Below, piece after piece: positions 52,335 through 64,000 of a stretch of DNA of 64,000 bases. Both the position numbers and the translations under genes were made by a program. Each line of letters begins with the position of its first letter. Positions within the stretch are counted from its first letter, which is position 1. The notes under the pieces are model-generated. The model searched no databases. It worked only from the letters and a program-made list of their open reading frames with translations, and was not told the origin of the DNA. Origin of the DNA: Candidatus Bathyarchaeota archaeon (lineage in GTDB: Archaea > Thermoproteota > Bathyarchaeia > Bathyarchaeales > Bathycorpusculaceae); contig CAVYRJ010000001.1 of the NCBI GenBank assembly GCA_963770935.1, forward strand, positions 1 through 64,000, given 5' to 3'.

Positions 52335-52554
52335 GCGCTCTTCTAGGGAGATGGATGTTGCTGTTTTGCAGGTGCTTTCAGAATCTTCCCCTCCTATGAT
52401 AATGACCCATATTATGTATAGAGATAATGTGAACGAGGTTGCTCATCGCTTAATCAACTTCTTTTGTTGAATTCTCAGGGTTATTCTAAATGATCGCTCC
52501 AACATTATACATTAAATTTATTAATAATATCCATACTGCATAAGGTAAAGGCGA

Positions 52555-52905
52555 ATGTCTGTGTCCCTATCAACCAAACTGAAAACTTTCAAGCCCTTCA
52601 AACTAGCATCCATAGCCTTCTATGCAGGCACAGGCATAACTCTTTTGGCGTTTTTACCCTTGACTGGTTTTCCGCCGCATGTTGGTTTTTTGGGAATCCT
52701 CAGCATAATAACTGCTTACAGCCTCTTTGTTAAGAGAGTTTGGGCACCATGGCTAGTCGCAATCCTGCTCATCGTAAACTCAGCGTTTGCTCTTGATGTG
52801 TTATTTTCAGTGGGTTTTAGCAACCTATTGGTTGGGTTGAGTATGCTTGGTTACGCTGTTTTAACCTGGGTGTTTACGGCTTACCTCTTGCTGAAAAGAA
52901 AATAA
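52555..52905 (+). CDS. Four-TM hypothetical membrane protein
   Basis: 116 aa, hydrophobic, TATA-like element upstream. Confidence 0.65.
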   Translation: MSVSLSTKLKTFKPFKLASIAFYAGTGITLLAFLPLTGFPPHVGFLGILSIITAYSLFVKRVWAPWLVAILLIVNSAFALDVLFSVGFSNLLVGLSMLGYAVLTWVFTAYLLLKRK

Positions 52906-52906
52906 A

Positions 52907-54157
52907 TTAGACTTTAGCAGCGGAACCGCGGAAAAGAAAAACAGTCACTTCTTGGTCTACATCCACAAACTGCTCGTTCTCGGCAATCTCCACAAACCCA
53001 TCAGCCTTTGCCAAGGTGGTAATCGCCCCTGAAGCACCTGACTCCGCGGGCTCTGCAATCAAACGGCAAGTCTCATCGAACTCTAACTTCACCATAACAA
53101 AAGTCCGTCTGCCTTTAGCACTAAACATTCTGGTACCAGCAAACGCCCTAACAGACTTCATAGGTACTGCAGGTCTACCGGCTAAACGCAAAATCAAAGG
53201 TCTCGCAAGCAAGTAAAAAATCAGCAAAGCAGAAGTTGGATGACCAGGCAGCGAAAATACCGGCTTTTCATCGATAAACCCGACTGTTGTTGGTTTACCC
53301 GGTTTTACTGCTATTCCGTAAACTACGATTCCAGGCTTACCTAGCGAATCCACTATTTGAGGGGTGTAATCTTTGGGTCCAACCGAAACACCGCCAGAAG
53401 TAATAACCATGTCTGCGGAAGCTATTGCAGTTTGCATTACTTTTGTTAAGGCTGCTTTGTCGTCTGGAACCACACCGAAGTAAACGGGTTTTCCGCCGCT
53501 TTCGAAAACAGCTGTGCTTATGCTGTAAGCGTTGATATCAAAAATTTTTCCAGGCGGCAACGGTTTCCCAGGCTCAGTAACTTCTCCACCTGTTGACAAA
53601 ACCGCTACCATAGGAATCTTTAGGACCTTAACTTTGGTTAAGCCCAAAGCCGCCAAAACCCCGATCTCCGAAGAACCCAGAACTTGACCTCTTTTGAGTA
53701 TAGTTGCGCCTTTTTTGATGTCTGAACCCTTTTTCATGACGTTCTCGTTGACTGTGACTGATCCATAAACCATCAAGTTGGCATCCTCATTTTCGGTATC
53801 TTCAACCATAACCACTGCGTCTGCACCCTTTGGAATCACAGCGCCAGTAACGATTTCAACAGCTTCACCCTTCGTCAACATGACGTTTGGTTCTTCCCCA
53901 ACGCTAACTGCGCCTGAAACCCTAAGCACTACAGGCTGGTTTTCGTCGGCTCCAAACGTATCCTGGGCGCTCACCGCATAGCCGTCAACGGTTGAACGGT
54001 TAAACGGTGGAATATCCAGCGTGGAAACCACGTCTTCGTTTAACACACGATTGTAGGCTTCCAGTAAAACGGCTTCTTCTTCACCCAAAAACACAGGCTT
54101 AAATTGGTCATCTATGGCTTTTTTTGCTTCCTCAAACGTCATAAGCTTCCTAAACAT
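52907..54157 (-). CDS. moeA: Molybdopterin molybdo/tungsto-transferase MoeA (copy 2)
   Basis: PPFNRSTVDGYA, GADAVVMVE, SGGVSVGPKD, KPGKP, LPGHP. Confidence 0.93.
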   Translation of the reverse strand: MFRKLMTFEEAKKAIDDQFKPVFLGEEEAVLLEAYNRVLNEDVVSTLDIPPFNRSTVDGYAVSAQDTFGADENQPVVLRVSGAVSVGEEPNVMLTKGEAVEIVTGAVIPKGADAVVMVEDTENEDANLMVYGSVTVNENVMKKGSDIKKGATILKRGQVLGSSEIGVLAALGLTKVKVLKIPMVAVLSTGGEVTEPGKPLPPGKIFDINAYSISTAVFESGGKPVYFGVVPDDKAALTKVMQTAIASADMVITSGGVSVGPKDYTPQIVDSLGKPGIVVYGIAVKPGKPTTVGFIDEKPVFSLPGHPTSALLIFYLLARPLILRLAGRPAVPMKSVRAFAGTRMFSAKGRRTFVMVKLEFDETCRLIAEPAESGASGAITTLAKADGFVEIAENEQFVDVDQEVTVFLFRGSAAKV

Positions 54158-55407
54158 TACGCTTCCTCCAAGCTGCCGAACATGTGGACAGTCACGTTTT
54201 CTCCTTCGTTTACGCCTTCGCGGTTTTCAGGCACAATTAGATATCCGTTACTCTGAGTCATTGTAGATATGCTTCCAGAACCTTTTGCGCTCACTGGTTC
54301 AGCTGACAATTCACCATCCTTCAAGACCACATGAACTCGCACGTAAGTTTTTCTGCCCAAGACACTTGTAACTCTTCGCGCCAGAACCGCCTTAACAACT
54401 GGTCTTGGCTCCTCTTTTTCCATTCCAAGCATCCTGCAGATGAGTGGTCTGCCAAACACTTCAAACCCAATAATTGCAGCCACAGGATTACCCGACAAAA
54501 TCAAGACAGGCTTACCCTCCAACATGGCAACGGCTGTGGGCATCGCAGGACGCAACGCAACACCATGCACAATTACGCCGGGTTTCCCAAGCCTGTTAAC
54601 TGCATCTGGCACCAAATCTAATCCGCCCACGCTTGTCCCGCCAGTAGTGATAACTGCATTGCATGTTTGAAGGGCACTTTGGATTTTCTGAGCGATTTCA
54701 TCAGTGTTGTCTTTTGCTAAACCGAGGTCAACTGTTTCCGCACCAAGTTCTTGGCACATCGCGGATACCATGACTTTGTTTGATTCGTAAATCTGGTTTG
54801 CTGCACGTTTGGTGCCTAATTCTGCAAGTTCGTTGCCTGTGGGTAAAATGGCGACTTTGGGTTTCTCTGCGACTTTAAGCTGGGTATAGCCTAAAGCAGC
54901 CGCTAAACCGATATGGTAGGGGTTTAAGCGTTTTCCAGCTTTAGCGAACATCTCGCCTTTCTTGATGTCTTCGCCAACCTTAGAAACATTTGTGCATGGC
55001 GCAAGTTGGCTCCAAACCTCAAGTTCCCCTCCAAGCTTCTGAGTGTTCTCAAGCATAACCACAGCATCTGCGCCAGTGGGAATTGGGTTTCCTGTCCAAA
55101 CCTGCTTAGCCTGCTTTGCTTCGACTCTGTCAGTTTGGATTAATTGCAAAATCGCTGGTTTTGTTTGGGAAGCACCAACCAAATCAGTCGACTTCAAAGC
55201 GTAACCATCCATAGCTGACTTGTCAAAGCGGGGCAAATTCTCTGGGGCTACTAGGTCTTCGGCTAAAACTCGATCTAAAGCTTCCTGCAAAGTCACAATA
55301 GCCACTTTGGGCTTGCCAATTTTTAGCACATTAAACCAGGTTTGCAGGGCTTGGTCAATAAACGTTAACTTCTGGAATCCTTTAAGTTTAACCAAAACGG
55401 TTCCCAC
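54157..55407 (-). CDS. moeA: Molybdopterin molybdo/tungsto-transferase MoeA (copy 1)
   Basis: PRFDKSAMDGYA, TGNEL, TGGTSVG..D, LSGNP. Confidence 0.93.
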   Translation of the reverse strand: MGTVLVKLKGFQKLTFIDQALQTWFNVLKIGKPKVAIVTLQEALDRVLAEDLVAPENLPRFDKSAMDGYALKSTDLVGASQTKPAILQLIQTDRVEAKQAKQVWTGNPIPTGADAVVMLENTQKLGGELEVWSQLAPCTNVSKVGEDIKKGEMFAKAGKRLNPYHIGLAAALGYTQLKVAEKPKVAILPTGNELAELGTKRAANQIYESNKVMVSAMCQELGAETVDLGLAKDNTDEIAQKIQSALQTCNAVITTGGTSVGGLDLVPDAVNRLGKPGVIVHGVALRPAMPTAVAMLEGKPVLILSGNPVAAIIGFEVFGRPLICRMLGMEKEEPRPVVKAVLARRVTSVLGRKTYVRVHVVLKDGELSAEPVSAKGSGSISTMTQSNGYLIVPENREGVNEGENVTVHMFGSLEEA

Positions 55408-55576
55408 AATAGCACACGCGACTTACCGTAAAAAACATATCGAACCTCAAATTTCTCCTCAAGGCAAAAGAATACAGGAATTCATTATGGGTCAATATGG
55501 CTAACGATTTTAGAGAAATATTTAACATACCCACACACCCAATTAACTATCGAAACCGCTTAGGAGCAAACCTCGC

Positions 55577-57008
55577 ATGAGCATACTTAGCCACGACACC
55601 TTCTGGAACGCAGTCATAACTATGCCGATGACCAAAAAAATGCTCCAGTTGTCTCTGAAAAAATGCGGCTCATGCGGCAGAACAGTGTTGGAGGCGGCAT
55701 TAGATGATTACGCAGGCAAAACCGAAACTAAATGCGACAAATGCAGTGGGCTATACTCGCAGGTTATTGGTTTCTGGATTGAATTTTTGCGCAGAGGTCT
55801 TGGCTTTAAACGCGAGAAGGTTGAGAAACTTTTAGTTGACCGTTATGCCAGAGCAGCTGTTCTTAATTTGGTTCGATCGTTTGCTTATTTCGGCATCAAA
55901 AAACCCATGTCACTTTCTGCGCCGTTTCTGGTAGTTTGGGATTTCACTCATAAGTGCAATTTAGTCTGTAAGCACTGCTACTCCAACAGCGGCGCAGCTG
56001 TTCAAGAGGAAGAATTATCCACCGAGCAGGCGTTGGCGGTTGTGGACCAACTTGCGGATGCCGGCGTGACGGCGTTGGCGTTTAGCGGCGGCGAACCCTT
56101 AACCCGCAAAGACTTCTTCCAAGTTGCAAGGCACGCTTCTGACCGCGGACTCTATGTGTCGCTTGCTTCCAACGGCACACTACTGACCAAGGAAAACGTG
56201 CAGAAGGTAAAGGAAGCCAAAGTTAACTACATAGACGTTAGCATCGATGGCGCCTCAGCTAAAACACATGATGAATTTCGAGGCGTCCCCGGCACATTCG
56301 ATAAAGCAATAGCTGGCCTCAAAAACTGCGTAGAAGCCGACTTATGCGTCTGTATCGCTACGACAGTGGGCAAAAATAACATGGCAGAGTTGCCCGCCAT
56401 CATCGATTTAGCTGAAAAAATTCAAGCTGAACGATTCACTTACTTCAATTTTATCCCGACAGGACGAGGTAAAGCTCACTTTGACCAAGACCTTTCACCT
56501 CAAGAACGAGAAAAAGTCATGCGTTACCTGCTAAACCGCATGTCAGCTGGCTGCAAAACAACCATCCTTGCAACTGCTCCGCAGCTGGCTCGCGTAGCGC
56601 TACAATGCCAAGGTTCATCAGGCACAGGCGAAGTCACCATGTCTATGGCACATATGCAAACAGTGAAAGTAACCAAAAAAGCTGTACCGCTTGGGGACTT
56701 TATCGGCGGATGCGGTGCTGGAAGACTCTACTGTTCGATATCACCACAGGGCGATGTTCATCCATGCGTGTTCCTGCCAGTAAACGTGGGCAACCTGAAA
56801 AACCGAAAAGTTCCAGGACATCTGGCTAAACGCGCCCCTCTTCAAATCCTTCAGAAACAGGGCAAACCTGAAGGGCTCATGTGGAAAATGCGATTACAAG
56901 TTCATCTGCGGCGGTTGCAGGGCACGCTCGGCAGCGTACCATAACGGCGACATGCTAAACGGTGACCCAGGCTGCATAATGGGAGTGAAGGGTGCAAACA
57001 GTGCCTAA
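55577..57008 (+). CDS. Radical SAM/SPASM enzyme with N-terminal Cys domain (frameshift near 56808)
   Basis: CGSC...CDKC; CNLVCKHC; SGGEP; GCGAGRLYC...PCVF; shifted frame gives CGKCDYKFICGGCRAR...DPGC, stop at 57008. Confidence 0.88.
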
Positions 57009-57966
57009 CTCAGAAAAGCAAGTTAAGATTTTCCGTGCTGGAAGCGACGTAAGCGATATTGTAAAAGAGGCTGTTGCCAATTCGGGGTTACGTGGAAAAA
57101 AAAGGATTTTCATTAAACCCAACCTAAGTCACCCTGAATATTTGCCGGGCGTTGTAACCAGTCCAGAAGTTATGCAGCAGCTGGTCGGGTTGCTTCGAGA
57201 CGGTAACAGCGAAGTAGTCGTGGGCGAATCCAACGGCTTCAACTATCCCTGCTGGACAGCCTTCGACAAGACAGGCATGGAAGCAGCAGTTAAAGCGGCA
57301 GGCGGCAGCGTCATTAACCTCTCCGAAGACAAAGTTGTCGAAGTCAAATTCCAAACCAACACACCTCTGAAACGGCTGTTTCTGCCCAAAACCATCCTTG
57401 ACGCCGACGCCGTCGTTGATTTGCCACTTATGAAAACCCATGAGTTCATGGCTTACAGCGGCGCCATCAAAAACCTGTTCGGCTGCGTGCCCAGCAACAA
57501 ACGCATCTACCTGCACCCGTACTTGCCTGAAGTCATGTATCGACTCTACACGCCTATTCAAGCCGCAGTTAACTATTATGGATGCGCGAACAGGCATCGA
57601 AGGCAACGGACCAACAAAAGGTAAACCTGTGAAAATGGGGTTGATGTTAACAGGCAACGACGCGTTAGCCGTGGACATAGTCGCTGCCAAAGTCATGATG
57701 TTAGATTGGAAAGAAACTTACCTCAACTACATCGCCAAAAAAACAGGCTTGCACGAAGAAGACATCAGCGTTGAAGGCTTACAGGTTTCTGAGGTTGCGC
57801 ACCGATTTGAACCGCCACGCATCGACTTACCCGTGAAAGCCCAAATGATGATTTACCAGCATGAATACCTGACAAAATTCTTCTTCTGCTCGCTGGACCT
57901 TGTTCGGCTGTTCCAGAAGGTAACCATGGCTTATCGGGGCGAAAGCCGCACAGGTTGGTTAGCTGA
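56992..57966 (+). CDS. DUF362 family protein (frameshifts; end approximate)
   Basis: IKPNL, VTSP, LPLMKTH, GAIKNLFG, EGNGP, AVD. Confidence 0.85.
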
Positions 57967-59157
57967 GGACTTCATCGTAGACTTTCATGGCTTCTTTAAC
58001 GACTATACGCCAATCCAATTGCTCAACAACTGTTTGCCTTGCTTTTGCACCCATCTCCGCCGCCTCAGCGGGATGTTCAAGCAAGATGCAGGATTTTTTC
58101 ACTAAACTGTCGTGGGTTGAAGGGTTCAACCAGAAAACCATTTTTGCCGCTCTCGATGGTTTCAGGGATGCCACCCACGGTTGTGGTTACGACAGGCAAG
58201 CCTGTTGAGAGCGCTTCCAGCACGGCGAAGGGATGATGTTCATAGAAGGTGGAGAACGCAAAGACGTCGGCGGCTTGGTAGAGTTTAGGCAGCTTCTTGT
58301 CGGGGTAGTAACCTGTGAAGACTATGTTGTCTTTTACGCCGAGTTTTTCTGCGTAGGCGATGAGTTTGTGCATTTCGTCGCTTTGTCCCTTGCCCGAAAT
58401 GATGAATTTGGCGTTTGGGAAGCGTTTAACGACGGCGGGCATGCTTTCGATTAGGGTGAACAAGCCTTTGCGTGCATAGAGCCTGCCTACAGAGACTATG
58501 GCTAAGTCGTCGGGGTTAAAACCGAGTTCTGCCTTGACTTTGCGTTTGTCGACTGCAGGTTTGAACTTGTTTATGTCTACGCCGTTGTGGATAACTCGGA
58601 TTTTGTTTTCAGGAATCTTGTAGTAGTTTGTGAGTTCCCACTTCGTGAAGTGGCTAACAGCTATAATTTTCCGTGCCCTTGCAAGCATTCCTTCCTCAAA
58701 GAACCGCAAAAACCAGTTGAAACTAACTAGAAACTTTTCGTTGGCGTTTAGGCGGCTGTAGGGTTCGCCGCGGATGGCTTCAGCTTCGCCCTTCCATGTG
58801 GAGTGCACGGTGCAGACAAGCGTTTTGCCAAAGTTGGGCGGCACAGCAAAATTCGGTGTTAACGGCAATTGAGGATGGGTGATGTCTACGTTGGCGGTTT
58901 CTCGGACGCTGTTGTAGTTTGCGGTTGCTGTTGCCTGCAAGCATGAAGGATTTGACGATGGGCATTTTGGGGATTTTTAGGAATGACACGTCTAGTTGGG
59001 GGTTGACTTTGACGTCTTGGGCTTGGTTGGAGCCTGTGACAACGTAGATTTTGTAGCCGTTTTTGAGGAGTTCATTGGAGAGGTAGTAAACGTAGGCGCC
59101 TGTTCCGCCTGTGAGGGGCCAGTATTCAGGGGAGATAAAGCAGACCTTGTGCGCCAT
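57959..59157 (-). CDS. GT4 glycosyltransferase (two frameshifts)
   Basis: PEYWP..GG, HNGVD, GRLYARKG, EHHPFAVLEALSTGLPVV. Confidence 0.88.
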
Positions 59158-60147
59158 TACTTATCCTTCCCAGCAAGATATCTAATGGTAGTTGTTATTG
59201 CACCAACAAACCATGCCCCTGCCCTCACAAAGTAAAGCACGAATAAACGCAAAGCAGTTGAGTCATGAAACTTGACTGATATTTTCACCGCTGAATAAAC
59301 AAAGTAAACAACCATCGCCAAAAAGATTAAACCTGAAACAACCCACAGCAGCCTAAGCACGGGAACGATTCCGACAAGAAAAAACACCACAATGCCCAAG
59401 AGCAATATTGGCTGAATGTTCATGCCTACGTCGGTGATTTCGTCACCCCTCGCCAAGTGCCCATGTTTAAAGTAGAGTTTCAGCGTGTTCTTGCCGTATT
59501 GCAACTGCTGACGATAAAAAGCCCTAAGTGTTGGACGGTTAAAATGATAACAGACCGCGGTGGGTTCATAGGCAATTTTGTAGCCTTTAGCACTTATGCG
59601 GAAGCCAAGGTCGGTGTCGTATTGGCTGGGCAGCTTCTCGTCCCATCCGCCCGCTTCCTCGATAACGGCTTTTTTGAGAAGCAGGTTCATGGTGGCGATG
59701 CGCCCTGTGTATTTGCCTATGCGTCGGTAGCGGTTTTTGAGTTCGTAGCCGATGCTTCTTGCCCACGGGTTCTCAGCGTTCCATGTTTCTATGCTGCCGC
59801 TGACACCTGCCACTTGGGGATCGCCAAGGTGGGGGGCAAGTTTGCTTAGCCATTCTGCTTCGACTTTGGCATCGGCATCTATGAAACCCAAAATTGGATG
59901 AGCGGCGATTTTCATGGCATAGTTGTACGCGGCTGGCGCGTTGAGCCGGATGGAAACAACTTTAATGGGGAATTTCTGCGGCGATTTTGACTGTGGCATC
60001 CTTGGAGCCGCCGTCCATGACGATGACTTCAAAAAAATCTCGGGGATAGTTCTGTGCCAAGATGGATTTGAGGCATTCTTCGATGGTGTCTTGGCTGTTG
60101 TAGGCTGCAACTATGATTGAAACCTTAGGAGTTGCGTTGTCAGCCAA
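59157..60147 (-). CDS. GT2 glycosyltransferase with C-terminal TMs (frameshift near 59975)
   Basis: VSIIVAAYNS, DGGSKD, FIDAD, YDTDLGFR, RQQLQYG. Confidence 0.88.
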
Positions 60148-60150
60148 TGT

Positions 60151-60850
60151 CTATCCCTTCACATACGCCATGATTATCGATAAGAGAATTTTGGAGCCAT
60201 CCACCATCGGGTCAACGCCTGACCTGCCATAAGTGCGCTGCTCAAAGCTAATGGGCACCTCAGCTACTCTGAAGCCTTCCTTAGCGGTTTTAACGAGCAT
60301 TTCAGATTCTATTTCGTATTCGCCTGACTTTAGCTTTTGCTTATTAAGGACTTCGCGTTTCATTGCGCGGTAGCCTGACTGGGAATCGGTGATGGCTATG
60401 CCCGTTAACATTTGGATTAGGAAGTTGAAGATTTGGACTCCGAACGCGTTTAGTTTTCTTGCTGCAACATTTTTTTGGTTCAGGTATCTTGAGCCGATGA
60501 CAAGATCTGTCTTGTTCTTCAGGACGGGCGCAAAGACTTCGTTTGAGTTCTTCGGGGCGATGTGACCCATCGGAGTCGATTGTGACTATTATGTCGCCTT
60601 TGGCTTTAGCAAACCCAGCCCGCAACGCATAGCCTTTGCCAAGATGCTCCTTTAGAGTTAAAACCTTGACTTTGCGTTTTTTAGCGACTTCAAGCGACTT
60701 GTCATATGAACGGTCATCAACAACAATAATTTCATATGGCAAACCGATTTGCTGCAGGGCGATTTTTGTGCGGTCGATAATGTTGCCTATTGTCAATTCC
60801 TCGTTGTAGACGGGAATTATAATGGAAAGCAGCATTTCCCGTCGGCTCAT
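60151..60850 (-). CDS. GT2 glycosyltransferase, Dol-P-sugar synthase-like (frameshift near 60540)
   Basis: IIIPVYNEE, VDDRSYD, DSDGSH, GSRY, DSQSGYRA. Confidence 0.88.
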
Positions 60851-60934
60851 TTTATTTAAGAAGCCAATGGAAGAACTTATAAAGTTTGGCTCCCCAACCT
60901 TGTAAACAATTGAACTGGGAAGTTTGAGCTCAAA

Positions 60935-61481
60935 ATGGAAACCACTATGAACACTAATGTTGAGGGTGACCGAAAAGTTTGGTTTTCCATGTGGTTCTTG
61001 GGAGCAATTGTCACTTTTGGCTTAGCGTTTTTCCCGATGTTTTACCGTTTAGTTGACGGCAGAAACAGGCATTTTCGCAACGAGGCAGAATTCGAGAAAC
61101 AGGTTGCTGCCCATTTGAAAGGCAATGGAAAGGAGCCACCAGCAGTGGGCGAGCGGTTCAAAGATATGAATGCAACGGCTTGGGCTGCCAGCATCATCCT
61201 AATCATGCCCATCTTCATCATCGTTTACCTGTTATCCAAAGACTTAGCAGTTCACGAACAAAAACAAGACACCTTCCTTGCCGCTGCTCTTCCAGAGCGA
61301 GTGTTTATGCCGCAGACAATACCGATAAAAACTTATGCTATTGATTACTTTAGTTACGTTGGGCGTTGGGGTAGTGTACTGGCTATACAAGGTCGTTAAC
61401 TTGTATAATGCTCACTATAAGGCACACTTGCAAGTTGAGAAAGAAATAGGTCGATTGATGGAGGAAAAGAAAGTTGTCTAG
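60935..61481 (+). CDS. Membrane protein with internal repeat, DUF4234-like (frameshift near 61340)
   Basis: VTFGL...FYRL...NRH repeated as VTLGVGVVYWLYKVVNLYNAH in the shifted frame. Confidence 0.55.
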
Positions 61482-62587
61482 CACATGTAAAAAACGCAGG
61501 TTTGTTAGTCACGGTGGAGACATCTGGGGTTTTAGCAGAAAATACAACATTCCCCTAGACGAAGTGCTTGAATTCAGCGGACCCATAAACTTTCTGGGGC
61601 CATCCCCAAAAGCAGTGGAAGCCGTAAAGCAAAATGCTCGGTTAATCAAATTTTATCCTGACCCAAACCCAGTGGAATTCAAGGCAGAAATCGCCAAGTA
61701 CGTTGGCCACGGCGTTAAAGAGGAAAACATTCTTTTGGGCAACGGCTCAATCGAACTAATCTACATGATTACCGAGAGTCTACCCTGCGGGTTTCAAGGC
61801 GGTAATTCCTGTGCCCTCGTTTTCCGAATACGAGAAGGCGTCGCTGCGGGTCGGCGGAGAACCAGTGTTTGTCCAGTTGCCCCAAAACTTTTCTATGGAA
61901 ACGAGAAAATCAAGAAGGCAGTTACCGACGACACAAAAATCATGTGCATCTGCAACCCCCACAGCCCTTCAGGAACACTCTACAGCAAAAAAACCATCAT
62001 GGATCTTGTGGAGTTCTGCAACAAAAAAGACATCATCTTCAGCATAGACGAGAACTATATCGAATTTGCTGATGAAAGCTGACAAAACACAGTTGCAGGC
62101 ATGGTGAAAGAGTACGAGAACCTGTTTGTTATTCGGTCAGTCACCAAGTTCTACGGTATGGCAGGCATACGCTTTGGCTACGCTATCGCCGCTGGAAACC
62201 TCATCGATAAACTGGAAACGGTGCGTCAGCCATGGAGCATCAACGGTTTAGCAGGCACAGTCACGTTGGCAGCGTTGAGCGACACCGAATTCATCAAAAG
62301 CACCAAAGAAACCATCGCCAAAGAACCGAGCAGAACTTGCCAAGAGCCTTAGCGAAATCGAAGGCTTACACGTCTATCCATCCGTAACCAACTTTTTGCT
62401 CGTAAAAATCCAAAACCGCAAACTCACATCCACTATGCTAAAAGAACTGTTGGCGAAAGAACACATCTTAATCCGCGACTGCTGCACCTTCATGGGCATG
62501 GACGACAGCTACTTCCGCGTTACTGTCAGGTCAGCTAAGGACAACCAAAAACTTGTCGAAACAATAAAGCGAATCCTATCGGCGTGA
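61474..62587 (+). CDS. cobD: Threonine-phosphate decarboxylase CobD-like PLP enzyme (several frameshifts)
   Basis: HGG N-terminus, FSGPINFLGP, YPDP, GNGSIELIY, PSFSEY, DENY, RSVTKFYGMAGIRFGY, IRDC. Confidence 0.75.
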
Positions 62588-62737
62588 CTTTGAAAGCAGC
62601 TATGCTTTATTTTCAAAGTGAATATAGTACTAATAAATTGATTGCCAAGAACCTAAAAGAGTAGGTTTGTATTGGCGGTTTTTGGAGCAATTAGTATGTT
62701 GTAAACAGTAGGTAAAGGAGTTAAAATGAATTGTTGG

Positions 62738-63835
62738 TTATTTATCAGTAACTTGCAAATCGTGTTGAGCTTTTTGCAGCTTGTTTTGAATCGGCAACTT
62801 GTATGGGCATTTGGGTTCGCATACTCCGCAACCATTGCATCTGTTAGCTTTAACTTCTAAGCTGCTGTAGAGTTTTTTTGCCCAAGCTTTCAAGCCGTAA
62901 GCCTCGTAAAGTGTGTGGAAACGAAGTAATGCCGCAATGTTGATGTTTTGTGGGCATGGCATGCATTGTCCGCAGTCTCGACAGTTGTTTTCGTCGAGGT
63001 TAAAATTGAAGCGTTTTTGTTCTTGAGCGGTGAGCCCACTGTATTGGTTTCCGGTTTGGGCTGCGGTTTCAACTTCGCCGACACTTCGCAAGCCTGGGAC
63101 AACTGCGGCTACATTCTGAGAGAGAACGTACCTGAGTGCACTGTTGACCTGTTTATCTGCAGTTTCGCCCAGCAGTGCTTTGAGTTCGGGTTCGTCTGAA
63201 ACCAGTGAAAGCGAAGGCTGATACAGGCAGGTGATTAGTGTGGAGGTTTTGGCTGACAGCGGCTTCATAGCGACGACGCCGACATCATGCGCCTTCGCCA
63301 CTGGCATCAACTCCTCCAGCGCCTGCCTAGTCACAAAATTAAGCGGAACCAAAACGGTGTCAAACTCGCCGCTCTCTAATGCCTTTGCCAGAACCGGAGG
63401 TTTATGCCCGGTGATTCCGACAAAATCCACTAGCCCCTGCTTACGCGCTTCTTTGCAGGTTTGCAGCGACCCATCCGCGCTCATGGCTTTGCTGAGAGTT
63501 TTCTCGTCGTCGATACCGTGAAGCTGGATGATGTCTAAGTGGTCGGTCTTAAGTCGTTTGAGGCTGATTTGGAAGTCTTCGCCCGATTCCTTTTTAGTTC
63601 TTGAGCCTGTTTTAGTGGCGAGGACACATTTATCTCGGACTTCTTCTAGTGCGGCGCCGATTTTTTCTTCGCTGTCCCCATCGAGTTTGGCGGTGTCAAA
63701 ATAGTTTATGCCCAAGTCGAAGGCTCGCCTAACAACCCTAACAGCGTCTGGCGTGCTGAGTTCAGATATCCATGTTCCGCCAAAGCCGACAATAGACACC
63801 TGAAGGTTTGTTCTACCAAGCCTCCGTTTTTGCAA
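62738..63835 (-). CDS. Aldo/keto reductase with C-terminal 2x[4Fe-4S] domain
   Basis: RRLGRTNL.VS..GFG, GINYFDTA, ATK, QLH; CRDCGQCMPCP and CNGCGVCEPKCP. Confidence 0.9.
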   Translation of the reverse strand: MQKRRLGRTNLQVSIVGFGGTWISELSTPDAVRVVRRAFDLGINYFDTAKLDGDSEEKIGAALEEVRDKCVLATKTGSRTKKESGEDFQISLKRLKTDHLDIIQLHGIDDEKTLSKAMSADGSLQTCKEARKQGLVDFVGITGHKPPVLAKALESGEFDTVLVPLNFVTRQALEELMPVAKAHDVGVVAMKPLSAKTSTLITCLYQPSLSLVSDEPELKALLGETADKQVNSALRYVLSQNVAAVVPGLRSVGEVETAAQTGNQYSGLTAQEQKRFNFNLDENNCRDCGQCMPCPQNINIAALLRFHTLYEAYGLKAWAKKLYSSLEVKANRCNGCGVCEPKCPYKLPIQNKLQKAQHDLQVTDK

Positions 63836-64000
63836 ACCAATGCCCCACGAATCTTTGGTTTTTGATGATTTGCAAGCTTTATAGCCTTAACGGAATATTA
63901 ATTCTGAGGATTTTTTTGGGTGCTGTTTTGAAGCAGGAAACTCTCGCACTCCGATGTACCTTCCCATTCTTTAGAACGAGAAACGAAAGGCAGCTATTTT

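Noticed and set aside
52345-52412. GGAGATGG...TAATGAC resembling a fluoride riboswitch
   Set aside because: Spacing and pairing do not fit the compact consensus and no fluoride-related gene follows.
52907-55407. Tandem moeA duplication
   Set aside because: Two MoeA paralogues are normal in archaea.
3103-62587. Programmed frameshifting or mass pseudogenisation
   Set aside because: Shifts hit unrelated and essential genes without shared slippery motifs, and catalytic residues are intact; sequencing error is simpler.
502-63521. Numerous antisense and alternate-frame ORFs in the ORF track
   Set aside because: They shadow well-supported genes and have no recognisable motifs.
1-64000. tRNA, rRNA or CRISPR arrays
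   Set aside because: No T-loop/acceptor-stem pattern, rRNA-like stretch or regularly spaced repeats seen by eye; tRNAscan-SE/Infernal would be needed to exclude small RNAs.

Overview
Archaeal chromosomal segment, most consistent with Bathyarchaeia (TACK). The taxonomy is inferred from gene content and protein style: exosome/proteasome superoperon, crenarchaeal-type PolB1, thermosome, CarS, AglB, archaeal CobT/CobY/CobZ. About 60 genes, mostly housekeeping. Around 20 carry single-base frameshifts, including essential genes, which points to uncorrected long-read consensus error rather than real pseudogenes. No tRNA, rRNA or CRISPR array was recognised. Points of interest: (1) an epimerase-DGGGP synthase-like-tetraether synthase-like operon head-to-head with a second, motif-divergent cobS-cobY pair, among glycosyltransferases, plus a second GT-flanked radical SAM/SPASM gene (GMGT-synthase candidate) and cobD, which together suggest a possible membrane-lipid tailoring system using cobamide-pathway paralogues; (2) eukaryote-like proteins: a PAC4/PSMG4-like proteasome chaperone, an OSTC/DC2-like subunit and an STT3-like AglB; (3) an orphan HTH + large-terminase module with no capsid, portal or integrase; (4) a probable ~16 kb inversion splitting the exosome superoperon, with a decayed STAND/Avs-like gene near one breakpoint. 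All homology calls come from motif recognition by eye; no searches were run.
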